Shown here: positions 19,569 through 28,864 of the stretch, one piece after another | Position numbering within the stretch: position 1 is the first letter of the stretch | How the letters are laid out: every line of letters begins with the position of its first letter | Assembly: GCA_965197985.1 (NCBI GenBank) | Contig: CBDAOG010000008.1 | Location: 1,224,310-1,288,309, forward strand | Source: Dehalococcoidia bacterium | GTDB lineage: Bacteria > Chloroflexota > Dehalococcoidia > Lucifugimonadales > CAUZJF01 | Reading direction: 5' to 3' | Length of the DNA stretch: 64,000 nt | Position numbers and translations under genes: made by a program | Notes under the pieces: generated by a model | Database searches by the model: none | What the model was told of the DNA's origin: nothing | The model's input: only the letters and a program-made list of their open reading frames with translations

Positions 19569-20366
19569 ATGCCCGTTGACATGATCGTCTGCGTGAAGCA
19601 GGTGATCGACCCGGAGACTCCCGCCTCCGCGTTCCGCATCGACACCGACGCAAAGCAAGCCATTCCGCCCTCGGGCGTGCCGCCCGTACTCAACGGATTC
19701 GACGAGAACGCCGTTGAAGCGGCACTTCGCGTAAAGGACTCCGTCGGAGGTCGCATCACTGTCCTATCGGTCGGAAGTGACCTGGCGACCGAAGTGATGA
19801 AAAAGCCTCTGTCGATGGGAGCCGACGAGCTCGTGCTCCTCCAGGACACCGCCTTTGCAAAGCTCGACTCTTTCGCCACCGCCCACGCACTGGCCGCCGC
19901 CATCGAGAAGATAGGCCGCTACGACCTTATCCTCTGCGGTCGCCAAGCGTCGGACTGGGACAACGCCCAGGTGCCATTGGGTATAGCCGAGATCTTGGGC
20001 CTGCCCTGCCTTACTTTGGCCCAGCACGTAGAGGTCGCCGACGCAGGTGTCATCGTGCACCGAGCCCTGTCAGACGGCTACGAGGTAGTCGAAGCAGACC
20101 TGCCCGCCCTAGTGACGGTGAGCAACGAGCTAGGCGAACCCCGATACCCCACCCTTCGTGGAATCATGGCGGCCGGTCGGAAGACCCCCGAGGTGTGGGG
20201 CGGTGGCGACGTTGGCCTCGATCTTGCGCTGCTCGAGCCCAGGATCACGGTAAACATTCTGGAGGTCCCCGTTAGCGAGCGCGTATGCGAGTTCATAGAG
20301 GGCGAAGACGAGGCTGATGCCGGCCGGCAACTGGCGCTGCGGCTCCACGAGGAGAAGCTGATATAG
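19569..20366 (+). CDS. etfB: Electron transfer flavoprotein beta subunit
   Basis: IVCVKQV, FDENAVEAAL, GRQASD, EPRYP; RBS ggagg. Confidence 0.93.
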   Translation: MPVDMIVCVKQVIDPETPASAFRIDTDAKQAIPPSGVPPVLNGFDENAVEAALRVKDSVGGRITVLSVGSDLATEVMKKPLSMGADELVLLQDTAFAKLDSFATAHALAAAIEKIGRYDLILCGRQASDWDNAQVPLGIAEILGLPCLTLAQHVEVADAGVIVHRALSDGYEVVEADLPALVTVSNELGEPRYPTLRGIMAAGRKTPEVWGGGDVGLDLALLEPRITVNILEVPVSERVCEFIEGEDEADAGRQLALRLHEEKLI

Positions 20367-20434
20367 CTCGCCGGGAGCAACGATGTCTGTACTGGGAGAC
20401 CGCTGACCCGTGAATCAATTGACGAGCCTCTTCA

Positions 20435-21454
20435 TTGGCTGAAATACTTGTTTTAGGAGAGCTTAAAGGGCCCTCTTCTGAGTCTTCCCCCGAAGATGGA
20501 AGGGGTGGATGGGGAACACTACACCCTATCACGGCCGAGCTGGTGACGGCCGGTCGCGGTCTAGGCGGCGATGTCGGCGTAGCTCTCCTAGGGGACGACC
20601 TCGAAGTGCCCGCAGCCGAGGCCGCAGCGATCGGGGCGGACAAGGTCTACGTCGTTGAGCATCCGTTGCTCGGCGGGCATTCCATCGACGCCAAGGTCGA
20701 AGCATTCGAGCAGGTATGCAGGCAAACGTCGCCTAGGGTCGTGCTCGTAGGGAAGACCCCGATGGTCCGCGACGTCGCCCCGAGGGTCGCCTTCAGACTT
20801 GGTGTCGGACTGGCCCAGGACTGTACAGAGGTGCGCACCGATGCCGAAACGGGACGGGTCGTGGCCGTCAGGCCAGTGTATGGAGGAAACGCGCTTGCCA
20901 CGGTCACGTTTCCGGACCTGGACCCGCAAATGGCTGTGATCAGAGAGGCGGCATACGAGCCTTACCAAATGGATGGTTCCCGGACTGACGAGATCATACC
21001 CGTGGAGGTTGACATCGATCCATCGGTGGTGAAGGTCAGACACGTGGAGACGGTCCGTCAGGAGGCCGAGAGCGTCCGGCTGGAAGACGCCGCGGTGGTG
21101 ATCAGCGGCGGTAGGGGCCTTGGGGGGCCCGAGCCGTTCAGGGCGCTCGAAGAACTGGCGGGCCTGCTCGGCGGCGCCGTAGGCGCCTCTCGAGCCGCCA
21201 CCGACGCCGGCTGGATCGACCACAGCTACCAGGTTGGACTCACGGGCAAGACCGTCACGCCTGACCTGTACATCACGTTCGGTATATCGGGCGCCAGCCA
21301 GCACATGGCCGGATGTTCGGGGGCGAAGCACATCGTCGCCGTCAATCGAGACTCCGACGCCAACATATTCAAAGAAGCGACGTTAGGCGTCGCCGGCGAT
21401 TGGAGCAAGGTTCTGCCTTCGTTCATCGAAACGGTACGAGAGTTAGTCGATTGA
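20435..21454 (+). CDS. etfA: Electron transfer flavoprotein alpha subunit, with short N-terminal insertion
   Basis: RPVYGG, SGGRG, GASRAA, QVGLTG, GISGASQH. Confidence 0.93.
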   Translation: MAEILVLGELKGPSSESSPEDGRGGWGTLHPITAELVTAGRGLGGDVGVALLGDDLEVPAAEAAAIGADKVYVVEHPLLGGHSIDAKVEAFEQVCRQTSPRVVLVGKTPMVRDVAPRVAFRLGVGLAQDCTEVRTDAETGRVVAVRPVYGGNALATVTFPDLDPQMAVIREAAYEPYQMDGSRTDEIIPVEVDIDPSVVKVRHVETVRQEAESVRLEDAAVVISGGRGLGGPEPFRALEELAGLLGGAVGASRAATDAGWIDHSYQVGLTGKTVTPDLYITFGISGASQHMAGCSGAKHIVAVNRDSDANIFKEATLGVAGDWSKVLPSFIETVRELVD

Positions 21455-21461
21455 GGAATGC

Positions 21462-21487
21462 GGGCAGACACCTAGGTCTGCCCCTAC
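21462..21487 (-). repeat. GTAG-type REP palindrome
   Basis: gggcagacacctaggtctgcccctac, same family as 488-511. Confidence 0.65.
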
Positions 21488-21518
21488 TTTTGTCGTAAGG
21501 CGATCAGAGAGGTTAACT

Positions 21519-21959
21519 TTGCTTGACGGTGGATTCGTCTTAGATCTCGACGAGGTAATAAACAGCATCGGAGCCAACGACGCGCTCTCGATCGCCTTCC
21601 CCACCTTTGGTAAGGCACTCGTCGTGGACATCAGGTCCAACGAGTCCGAGGGCCCGTTCGTACGTATCATGCCTGTGGCCGGTTCGCCGCAGGAGCGGAT
21701 ACGTAGTCTCCGGCGGGCCAGGCCCCGCTTCCCAAAGCTACGCGAACTGACCGTAATACTCTGGCCGCGTTTCGTCGGCGGCCTCGTCAGACTCGGTATT
21801 TGGGACCGGCTGATCGAGTGGGTTACTACGACTGGGGATCAGGAAGCCGTTACCGCCTGCAACGAAGCCATCAAGGAGCTACAACGCCTCGAGAGGGCCG
21901 AGCTGATGGCCGTGGTCACTGGCGAGAACTACCACACGATCTGGCCTGCCACGGAATAG
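21519..21959 (+). CDS. Hypothetical protein
   Basis: 146-aa ORF filling the gap after etfA; gagagg upstream of TTG. Confidence 0.65.
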   Translation: MLDGGFVLDLDEVINSIGANDALSIAFPTFGKALVVDIRSNESEGPFVRIMPVAGSPQERIRSLRRARPRFPKLRELTVILWPRFVGGLVRLGIWDRLIEWVTTTGDQEAVTACNEAIKELQRLERAELMAVVTGENYHTIWPATE

Positions 21960-21995
21960 GTCCCGCAGCGTTCCCCGTCTTCCGCACCAGCGCCC

Positions 21996-24044
21996 TCAGG
22001 CCTTCTCTTCGTCTCCATTGTGCTGATCGGCGATCCGCTGCGCGATATGACTTGGCACAGCTTCGTAGTGATCGAACTTCATCGTGAACGAGCCCCGGCC
22101 TTGAGTCTGTGATCTTAGTTCCGTCGCGTATCGCAGCATCTCCGACTTGGGCACCTCTGCCTCGATGCTTGTAGTGCCGTCGCCGTTAGGATTCATCCCT
22201 TGAATGCGGGACCGTCTCCCGTTCAGGTCGCCCATGACGTCGCCGGTGTCAGAGTCCGGCACGGTAATGCTGGCCTGCATTACCGGCTCCAGCAGTACCG
22301 GGTCGGCCTGCTTGATGCCGTCCGCAAGCGCGTGTCCGCCGGCTATCTCGAAACTGACGCCCGAGGAGTCCACGGGATGAAAACTACCGTCGAACAGGGT
22401 TGCCCGTAAGTCGACGATCGGGAAACCCGCTATCACCCCATCCGTCAGCGCCTTCTGGCACCCCTTCTCCACCGACGGGATATACTCGCGGGGCACCGAC
22501 CCGCCGACGACTTTTTGCTGAAAGTCGAAGCCCGATCCCCTTGGAAGAGGCTCAATCTCCAGCCACACGTGGGCGAATTGGCCGTGGCCACCGGTCTGCT
22601 TCTTGTGCCGGTACTCCACCTTGGCGGACCCGCCGATGGTCTCCTTGTACGCCACCTTGGGCGTTTGTAGCTCGATCTCCACACCGAACTTGCGCTTCAT
22701 CTTCTCGACCGCAACTTCCACGTGCGTGTCCCCCAGGCCTCCAAGGAGCATCTCCAGCGTGTCGGGCTCCCTAGTGACCTGTAGGGTCGGGTCCTCTTCT
22801 GCGATTCTGGATACCGCGGTGGTCATCTTGTCCAGGTCGGCCTTGGACTTCGGGAAGACAGCCATCTGATATACCGGCTCAGGGAAGTGGAACTCCGGTA
22901 GCTGTAGCGGGTCTTCTCTAGCGGCTAGCGTGTCGCCGGTAACGACTGAGTTGAGCTTGGCCGCGGCGCCGATGTCGCCGGGCGCCAATTGATCGACGGC
23001 CTCTTGCGTTTTCCCAGACACGACGAATAGCTGAGCTACCCGCTCTGCCTCCTGTTTGCCGACGTTCCAGACCTGCGAATCGCTCTTGAAATCGCCGCTG
23101 TAAACGCGGAAGTAGGAGAGCTTTCCGACGAAGGGGTCGGCCGCTGTCTTAAAGACCAGCGCCGCGAGCGGGGCAGTCGGGTCCGCCGTCACCGAGACCT
23201 CCTCGTTGCTCGTGAGGATCGTCGCCTGCACGTCACCTGCGGCCGCAGGTGACGGAAGCAGGTCCACAATCAAGTCCAGGAGTTCTTTGACCCCGGTCTC
23301 TTCGGTCGCTGCTCCTACTAGCACGGGCACCAGGTCGCCAGAGGCGACGCCCAGCTTGACTCCCGCAGTTATCTCTTCCTTTGTCAGCGGCTCGCCCTCA
23401 AGGTATTTCGTCGTTAGATCGTCGTCTGTCTCGGCGATCGCTTCAATGAGGCGCTCGCGGGCAGTCTCTACTGTATCCTGGAGACCGTCGGGGACCTCGG
23501 CACCCTCGTCTAAGAGACTGACCGGTCCAGAGAAACTAGACTCGGACCCGATGGGGACCTGAAGCGGCACGCACCTCCTGCCGAAGGCCTCGTCCAGCGA
23601 CTCCATTACGCGCTCAAAGTCCGCGTTTTCGCGATCCAGCTTGTTGACGAAAACGATCCGAGGAAGAGACCGCTCCTCGGCCATCTGCCACATCTGCCGT
23701 GTCCCCACCTCGACTCCGGACGGAGCGGCCACGACTATCACGGCGGCCTCGACGACCCGGACGGCTGAGATTACCTCGCCTCTGAAGTCCGCGTACCCGG
23801 GGGTGTCCAGGACGTTGATCTTGTGGTCCCGCCACGAACACGGCAGGACCGACGTCTGGACACTCGCGGTGCGTTTGTGCTCCTCGGGCTCGTAATCCGA
23901 GATCGTCGTACCGTCGGAGGTGCTCCCGAGCCTGTTGGTCCCACCCGCGGCGTAAAACATAGCCTCGGCGAGCATCGTCTTCCCAGCACCGCTGTGCGAG
24001 AGCAAAGCGACGTTGCGAAGGTCTCCAGTAGCCACATTAGCCAT
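21996..24044 (-). CDS. fusA: Elongation factor G-like protein (EF-G paralogue)
   Basis: SHSGAGKT, DTPG, NKLD, KKQTGGHGQ, DGSFHPVDSS; effector motif RTASV instead of RGITI. Confidence 0.88.
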   Translation of the reverse strand: MANVATGDLRNVALLSHSGAGKTMLAEAMFYAAGGTNRLGSTSDGTTISDYEPEEHKRTASVQTSVLPCSWRDHKINVLDTPGYADFRGEVISAVRVVEAAVIVVAAPSGVEVGTRQMWQMAEERSLPRIVFVNKLDRENADFERVMESLDEAFGRRCVPLQVPIGSESSFSGPVSLLDEGAEVPDGLQDTVETARERLIEAIAETDDDLTTKYLEGEPLTKEEITAGVKLGVASGDLVPVLVGAATEETGVKELLDLIVDLLPSPAAAGDVQATILTSNEEVSVTADPTAPLAALVFKTAADPFVGKLSYFRVYSGDFKSDSQVWNVGKQEAERVAQLFVVSGKTQEAVDQLAPGDIGAAAKLNSVVTGDTLAAREDPLQLPEFHFPEPVYQMAVFPKSKADLDKMTTAVSRIAEEDPTLQVTREPDTLEMLLGGLGDTHVEVAVEKMKRKFGVEIELQTPKVAYKETIGGSAKVEYRHKKQTGGHGQFAHVWLEIEPLPRGSGFDFQQKVVGGSVPREYIPSVEKGCQKALTDGVIAGFPIVDLRATLFDGSFHPVDSSGVSFEIAGGHALADGIKQADPVLLEPVMQASITVPDSDTGDVMGDLNGRRSRIQGMNPNGDGTTSIEAEVPKSEMLRYATELRSQTQGRGSFTMKFDHYEAVPSHIAQRIADQHNGDEEKA

Positions 24045-24238
24045 TTGCGGACTCCTGTCTATGTCACGAGGTCGCCCTGAGCGACAGTCCGTCGATCAAC
24101 AACGACCGTTCGGCATCGCCGACTTGGGCGGACCTCCCATGGCGCACCCGGCCTGGTTGCAATACGACAACCGTCGGCGCGTCGGGCGCTTCGGGAATCG
24201 CCGAGGACTATGCTCTTTGGCGCGACGCGATGTACGAG

Positions 24239-24331
24239 CTACCAGCCCTTACGGCGGTTACCGCACTTCGCGCAGAACACGTCACGCGTTGGCGGGTTTT
24301 CGTGACTGCACTTCTCGCACTTCCACGACAT
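24239..24331 (-). CDS. 30-aa zinc-finger microprotein (RanBP2-like spacing)
   Basis: MSWKCEKCSHENPPTRDVFCAKCGNRRKGW*; SD gaggtg upstream; not in ORF track. Confidence 0.72.
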   Translation of the reverse strand: MSWKCEKCSHENPPTRDVFCAKCGNRRKGW

Positions 24332-24442
24332 AGCGAATCACCTCGTTGAGCTGTGTTAGGGGTATTCTAGTAAAGGCGGCCCAGGCCTGTCCACAGCCTG
24401 CGTAGAGGCCGGCCAGCGACTTCGTATTACCGACCCGGCCTT

Positions 24443-26251
24443 TCAACTCGTTTCGATGCCGGAGCCCGGCTCGCCCCAGCCCAACGGGAAGGCGAAGCGC
24501 TGCATTGCTTTGTCCACCTTCTCTCGATCAGGTGCAGTGTCCTCCCACGTCGCGATTTCCGTTTCCACATCCGTTACCCATTCCTGCACCAGCTCCCAAA
24601 AACGCCAGAAGAAGACGAACATGAAGGAAGCGATATGGGCCCTATGTTGATTCTGTGCCTCGCCGTTCAGATAGTCCCGGCCGACAGCGGTGCCTTCCTT
24701 GCTCCACGTCTCCATCTCGGCGCGTATTGAAGTGAGAGCATCTAGTGTCCTGAGTTATGAATCCGATGACAAAATCGGGCGATGGTAGCTAGTAGCTGGT
24801 CTGCGGTTTTGGTCCAGATGAAGGGCTTTGAGGCAGCGTTGTGCTGGTCAATGTACTGTTCGATGGCTTGCTCCAGTTCCCGAGTGCTGCGGAACACCCC
24901 GCGGCGCAGTTGCTTCTCTGTCAGCACCGCGAACCAGCGCTCCACCTGGTTCAGCCAAGAGCTGCTGGTGGGGGTGAAGTGCAGGTGATAGCGCGGCCGC
25001 CGGGCCAGCCAGCGCTGGATGGTGGGGGTCTTGTGGGTGGCGTAGTTGTCCAGGATAAGGTGCACGTCGAGGTCCGGGGGTACGGTCGCATCGACCCGGT
25101 CGAGGAAGCGCCGGAACTCCGTGGACCGGTGCCGACGGTGGCAGGCGCCGATGACCTCTCCCGTCTTCACGTCGAGGGCGGCGAAGAGAGAGGTCGTACC
25201 GTGACGACGGTAGTCATGGGTCCGGCGCTCGATCTGCCCCGGGCGCATGGGCAACAGCGGGGCCGTCCGGTCGAGGGCCTGGATCTGGGACTTCTCGTCG
25301 ACACACAGGACCAGAGCCCGCTGGGGTGGGTTGAGGTAGAGCCCCACGATGTCACGGACCTTCTCGATGAACAGAGGGTCAGACGAAAGTTTGAACGTCT
25401 CGGTCCGATGCGGCTGCAAGGCAAAGGCCCGCCAGATAACGGCTGATGGCGCTCTGACTCAGGCCGGTACGCGCAGCCATGGAGCGCGTGCTCCAGTGGG
25501 TTGCATCCGCCGGCGTCGTCTCCAGGGTGAGGGTCACGACCCGCTCCACATCGGTGTCCGTGATGGAGCGTGGGCCGCCGGGCCGCGGCTCGTCAAGCAG
25601 GCCGTCGAGGCGGCGTTCGATGAACCGGGCCCGCCACTTCCCCACCGTTTGCTTGGCCAGACCGATCTCCCCGGCCACGACGGTATTGGTCTTGCCCTCG
25701 GAGCAACGGAGAATGATCCGGGATCGCAGAGCCAGCGCCTGGGCAGTGGTTGGACGCCGCTTCCAGCGCTCGAGGCTCTCGCGTTCGTCGGAGGAAAGGT
25801 GCAAGGGAGGAATGGGGCGTCCGATGGCCATGGTGACCTCCATGAGCGTTTCGTGGAGGGTACACCCCAGCAAGTACTTTTGCAATGAGTTCATAACTCA
25901 GGACACTAGCAGTTGCTCTTTGTCGCCCAGGTCGGCGAAGAAGACCCGCGTGAGCCCTTCGAACTCTAGCCGCGGGCCTGCGGTCGGGCCCTTCATCCAC
26001 TGGGCGAGAGCCTGCTGACCCTCGGCCGTGATCGAGTAGACCGTCCGTCTCCTCTTTCCCTGGTGCTCGGTCTGGGCCTCGGCCAGTCCTTCGGCTACGA
26101 GGTTCTTGGGCTCGTAGTAGACCTTTCTCTCGCCCGCCGGTAGCAGGTACTTGAAGGAACCAGACATCTGCTGCACCAGCGCGTACGCGGAGAGAGGGCC
26201 GGTCTCGAGGAACGCGAGTGCAACGTAGGACGTCGTGGATAGCTTGCTCAC
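24443..26251 (-). pseudogene. PadR-family transcriptional regulator interrupted by IS630
   Basis: N-part 25907-26251 (SAYAL...VYYEPKNL...YSITAEG) joins C-part 24443-24744 in frame (EQLL|DALTSIR). Confidence 0.85.
24745..25906 (-). mobile_element. IS630-family element; transposase frameshifted near 25438
   Basis: Perfect IR ctagtgtcctgagttatgaa at both ends (CTAG/TA target); [29 protein letters not shown]. Confidence 0.92.
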
Positions 26252-26261
26252 CCGTTGATGA

Positions 26262-26314
26262 TACTGCAAAATGCAGTAAATAGGCAAACCTCGGTACTGC
26301 AATTTGCAGTACCG
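26262..26314. promoter_or_regulatory. Two palindromic operator boxes upstream of padR
   Basis: tactgca-aaa-tgcagta (26262-26278) and cggtactgca-att-tgcagtaccg (26292-26314). Confidence 0.7.
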
Positions 26315-26328
26315 GTATAAAACCTCTG

Positions 26329-27492
26329 CTACCAGTTCGTAAAGGCGCCGTCGTTGCGTCGTAATAGTGTCGGCCAGCCACCCGGCTTGATCCTGCGGGC
26401 CTCCGCCGCGACCTCGTCGAACTCGACGCCAAGCCCCGGGCGGTCCGGAGCGAAAGCATAGCCGTCACTCCATTCGATCTGCTCGGGGAACACATCTCTA
26501 TCAGCCTTACCGGGGCGTTTCGGCATCTCCAGGACCCCGACGTTGGTTGTGGCGAGGCACAGCGCCAAGCACGCCGCCGAGCTTATAGGGCCCAGCGGAT
26601 TGTGGGGCGCGATGTCGATATAGTGCGTCTCGCACCAGTGGGCGATTTTGAGGCCTTCGGTGAGCCCTCCCACGTTGCAGAGGTCGATGCGGGCGTAGCT
26701 GATCAGCTCCTCTTCGATGACCTCACGGAACGACCACTTGCTTGCCCACTGCTCTCCGGCGGCCAAGGGGACACGGACCTGTCGCGCCAACGTTCTGTAG
26801 CTCCCAGGGTTTTCGGCCCGTAGAGGGTCTTCGATGAAGAAGGGCTTGTAAGGCTCTAGGTCCCGGCACAGCGAAGCCACGTGGGCCGTGTCGAGTCTGG
26901 TATGCACGTCGAAGCATATCTGGATGCCCGGCCCGACCGCCTCGCGCACCCGCGCCATCTGCTCCTCGGCGATCCGCATCGATTCAACCGGCTCCAGACG
27001 GCCCTCGTCCCCGGACTCGTGCTCCAAGCCCGACTCCGGTTGGCCCCAGCGCACGAAGCGCCAGCCCTCGGCCACGGCCCGTTCGCAGTTCTCGACGAGC
27101 TCGGCGATGTCTTTGCCCTGGCAGTGCGGATAGCAAACTACCTTGTCTCGCACAGGCCCTCCCAGGAGCTTGTAGACCGGCATGCCCAACGCCTTGCCCT
27201 TGATGTCCCAGAGGGCCAGATCGATTGCGCTGATGGCGCACGAGTAGACGCGGTCGGCAGGATAGAATGAGCCGCGGAACATATGTTGCCACAACCGTTC
27301 CGTACTGAACGGGTCCTGCCCGACCACTAGCTCCGAGAGGTGCTCGACGGCCTTTTCTATCGCGGCGCCCCAGTAGCGGACTCCGGACTCGCCCAGGCCG
27401 TATATGCCAGCGTCGGTCTCCACTTTCACTATGAAGAAGCCGCGGCCGACCTCCGACGCGATGGCGGAGCTCTTGATTCCAGTGACCTTCAT
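26329..27492 (-). CDS. Mandelate racemase / galactonate dehydratase-like enolase-superfamily enzyme
   Basis: SAIDLALWDIKGK, DVH, FIEDP, AGE, APHNP. Confidence 0.9.
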   Translation of the reverse strand: MKVTGIKSSAIASEVGRGFFIVKVETDAGIYGLGESGVRYWGAAIEKAVEHLSELVVGQDPFSTERLWQHMFRGSFYPADRVYSCAISAIDLALWDIKGKALGMPVYKLLGGPVRDKVVCYPHCQGKDIAELVENCERAVAEGWRFVRWGQPESGLEHESGDEGRLEPVESMRIAEEQMARVREAVGPGIQICFDVHTRLDTAHVASLCRDLEPYKPFFIEDPLRAENPGSYRTLARQVRVPLAAGEQWASKWSFREVIEEELISYARIDLCNVGGLTEGLKIAHWCETHYIDIAPHNPLGPISSAACLALCLATTNVGVLEMPKRPGKADRDVFPEQIEWSDGYAFAPDRPGLGVEFDEVAAEARRIKPGGWPTLLRRNDGAFTNW

Positions 27493-27592
27493 CTCCTGAC
27501 CTCCGGACGGCGAACGTGGCGCGCACCTTATCCGAGCATGCCAATACGGTCAAGCTATGAAAGACGAGCTGGCCAAGTGGTACACTTGGAGC

Positions 27593-27955
27593 ATGGAGAG
27601 CGCGCGATTCGAGGCCCTTGTCCGACAGGCGATGGTGACCCTCCCTGACGAGATAAAGTCGCACATCGACAACGTCGACGTGCTCGTCCAGGACTTGCCG
27701 ACTCAGGAGTTCCTCGCCGGCCACACTATCGACGAAGGCGACATCCTCTTGGGGCTGTACGAAGGCGTCCCACTTACCGAGAGGGCCGATTACGGGATGG
27801 TGCTCCCCGACCGCATCACGCTGTTCCAGAAGGCAATCGAGGCGGTGTGCGATACCGATGAGGAGGTCGTGAACGAGGTCAGGGAAACCGTAGCCCACGA
27901 GGTCGCCCACCACTTCGGCATCGACGACGAGAAGCTAGAGGAGCTCGGAGTGTAG
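27593..27955 (+). CDS. Zincin-like metallopeptidase family protein
   Basis: LLGLYEGVPL, PDRITLF, HEVAHHFG. Confidence 0.88.
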   Translation: MESARFEALVRQAMVTLPDEIKSHIDNVDVLVQDLPTQEFLAGHTIDEGDILLGLYEGVPLTERADYGMVLPDRITLFQKAIEAVCDTDEEVVNEVRETVAHEVAHHFGIDDEKLEELGV

Positions 27956-28001
27956 TAGGACGGTCCGTCGGTCGCCCTATCGCGGGAGACGAGGTGACAC
28001 C

Positions 28002-28247
28002 ATGGAAGAACGGGACATCCTCGAGGCCAGCATGGAGCTGATGGAGGCCTGCAAACTGGCGCTGGCCCACTGCGATTGGATGGAAGCCAACGGCTACGAG
28101 ATGCCGCCTCTCCCCACCGGCGAGACCCTCAAGGACAGGCTCAAGATGGCCATCGAGAAGGCTGCCGAGACCGGTCGCTTAGCGCCCCCCAAAACCGAGA
28201 CCATTTACCTGGGACGCGTCCGCGACGAGCTGGAGCGCGGGGAGTAG
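28002..28247 (+). CDS. Hypothetical protein
   Basis: 81-aa ORF with SD gaggtg. Confidence 0.6.
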   Translation: MEERDILEASMELMEACKLALAHCDWMEANGYEMPPLPTGETLKDRLKMAIEKAAETGRLAPPKTETIYLGRVRDELERGE

Positions 28248-28269
28248 AGCAAGGGGTTCAAGCACAATT

Positions 28270-28532
28270 CTACGACCTTGTTTTGTAGATTTCGTCGCGG
28301 AGACCAACGCGATGGATAGCCAGATCGTCTGGAACGCGGTCGAAGGTAATATATGACACGGTATTTGCCGACGCGCAGCTTGAAGAAGCCTTTCAGGTTG
28401 CCACGTAGCGCTTGATGAGGCGCGTCAAAGCGGTTTATCCATAGCCGGTTGATTCTGGACTTGACACGCTGGGCGTCTTTGGGTGCAAGGCTCCTAAGTG
28501 CATTCGGATGGAACAGAAGCCCCCTTCGGGAG
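28270..28532 (-). pseudogene. RelE/ParE-family toxin, frameshifted
   Basis: LRGNLKGFFKLRVGKYRVIY continues in another frame as FDRVPDDLAIHRVGLRDEIY; no clean start codon. Confidence 0.75.
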
Positions 28533-28793
28533 CTAGTCCTCCAGTCGTTTCCAGGCCTCGTCCGACGTCAGAAGGGAGGACTTTGGAATCTTCAGAGATT
28601 CCCGGAGTTCTTCTTCAACCTCCGGCCTCACCTCAAGATCGCCATCTGGGTCCTCGTCCGGGTCCCCATCTTCAATCCACTGTCTTACCGCCTGGACGAC
28701 GATGTCCTGGACCGTCCGTCCGGAACTGGACGCCTCTGCCTCAACTCTGGCGTACAGATTCTCGTCCTCTAACGCCACGGTGATCTCTCTCAT
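28533..28793 (-). CDS. Probable antitoxin (ribbon-helix-helix-like N-terminus, acidic tail)
   Basis: Small acidic ORF directly upstream of the RelE-like frame. Confidence 0.65.
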   Translation of the reverse strand: MREITVALEDENLYARVEAEASSSGRTVQDIVVQAVRQWIEDGDPDEDPDGDLEVRPEVEEELRESLKIPKSSLLTSDEAWKRLED

Positions 28794-28864
28794 AGTGTGG
28801 CTCCCATTTTGGCGAAACTGCTCTACCCATCATACTTGACCGAAGAGCTAGCATGCCTAGGCTT

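Noticed and set aside
25430-25445. Programmed frameshift in the first IS630
   Set aside because: No slippery run; looks like a single-base insertion.
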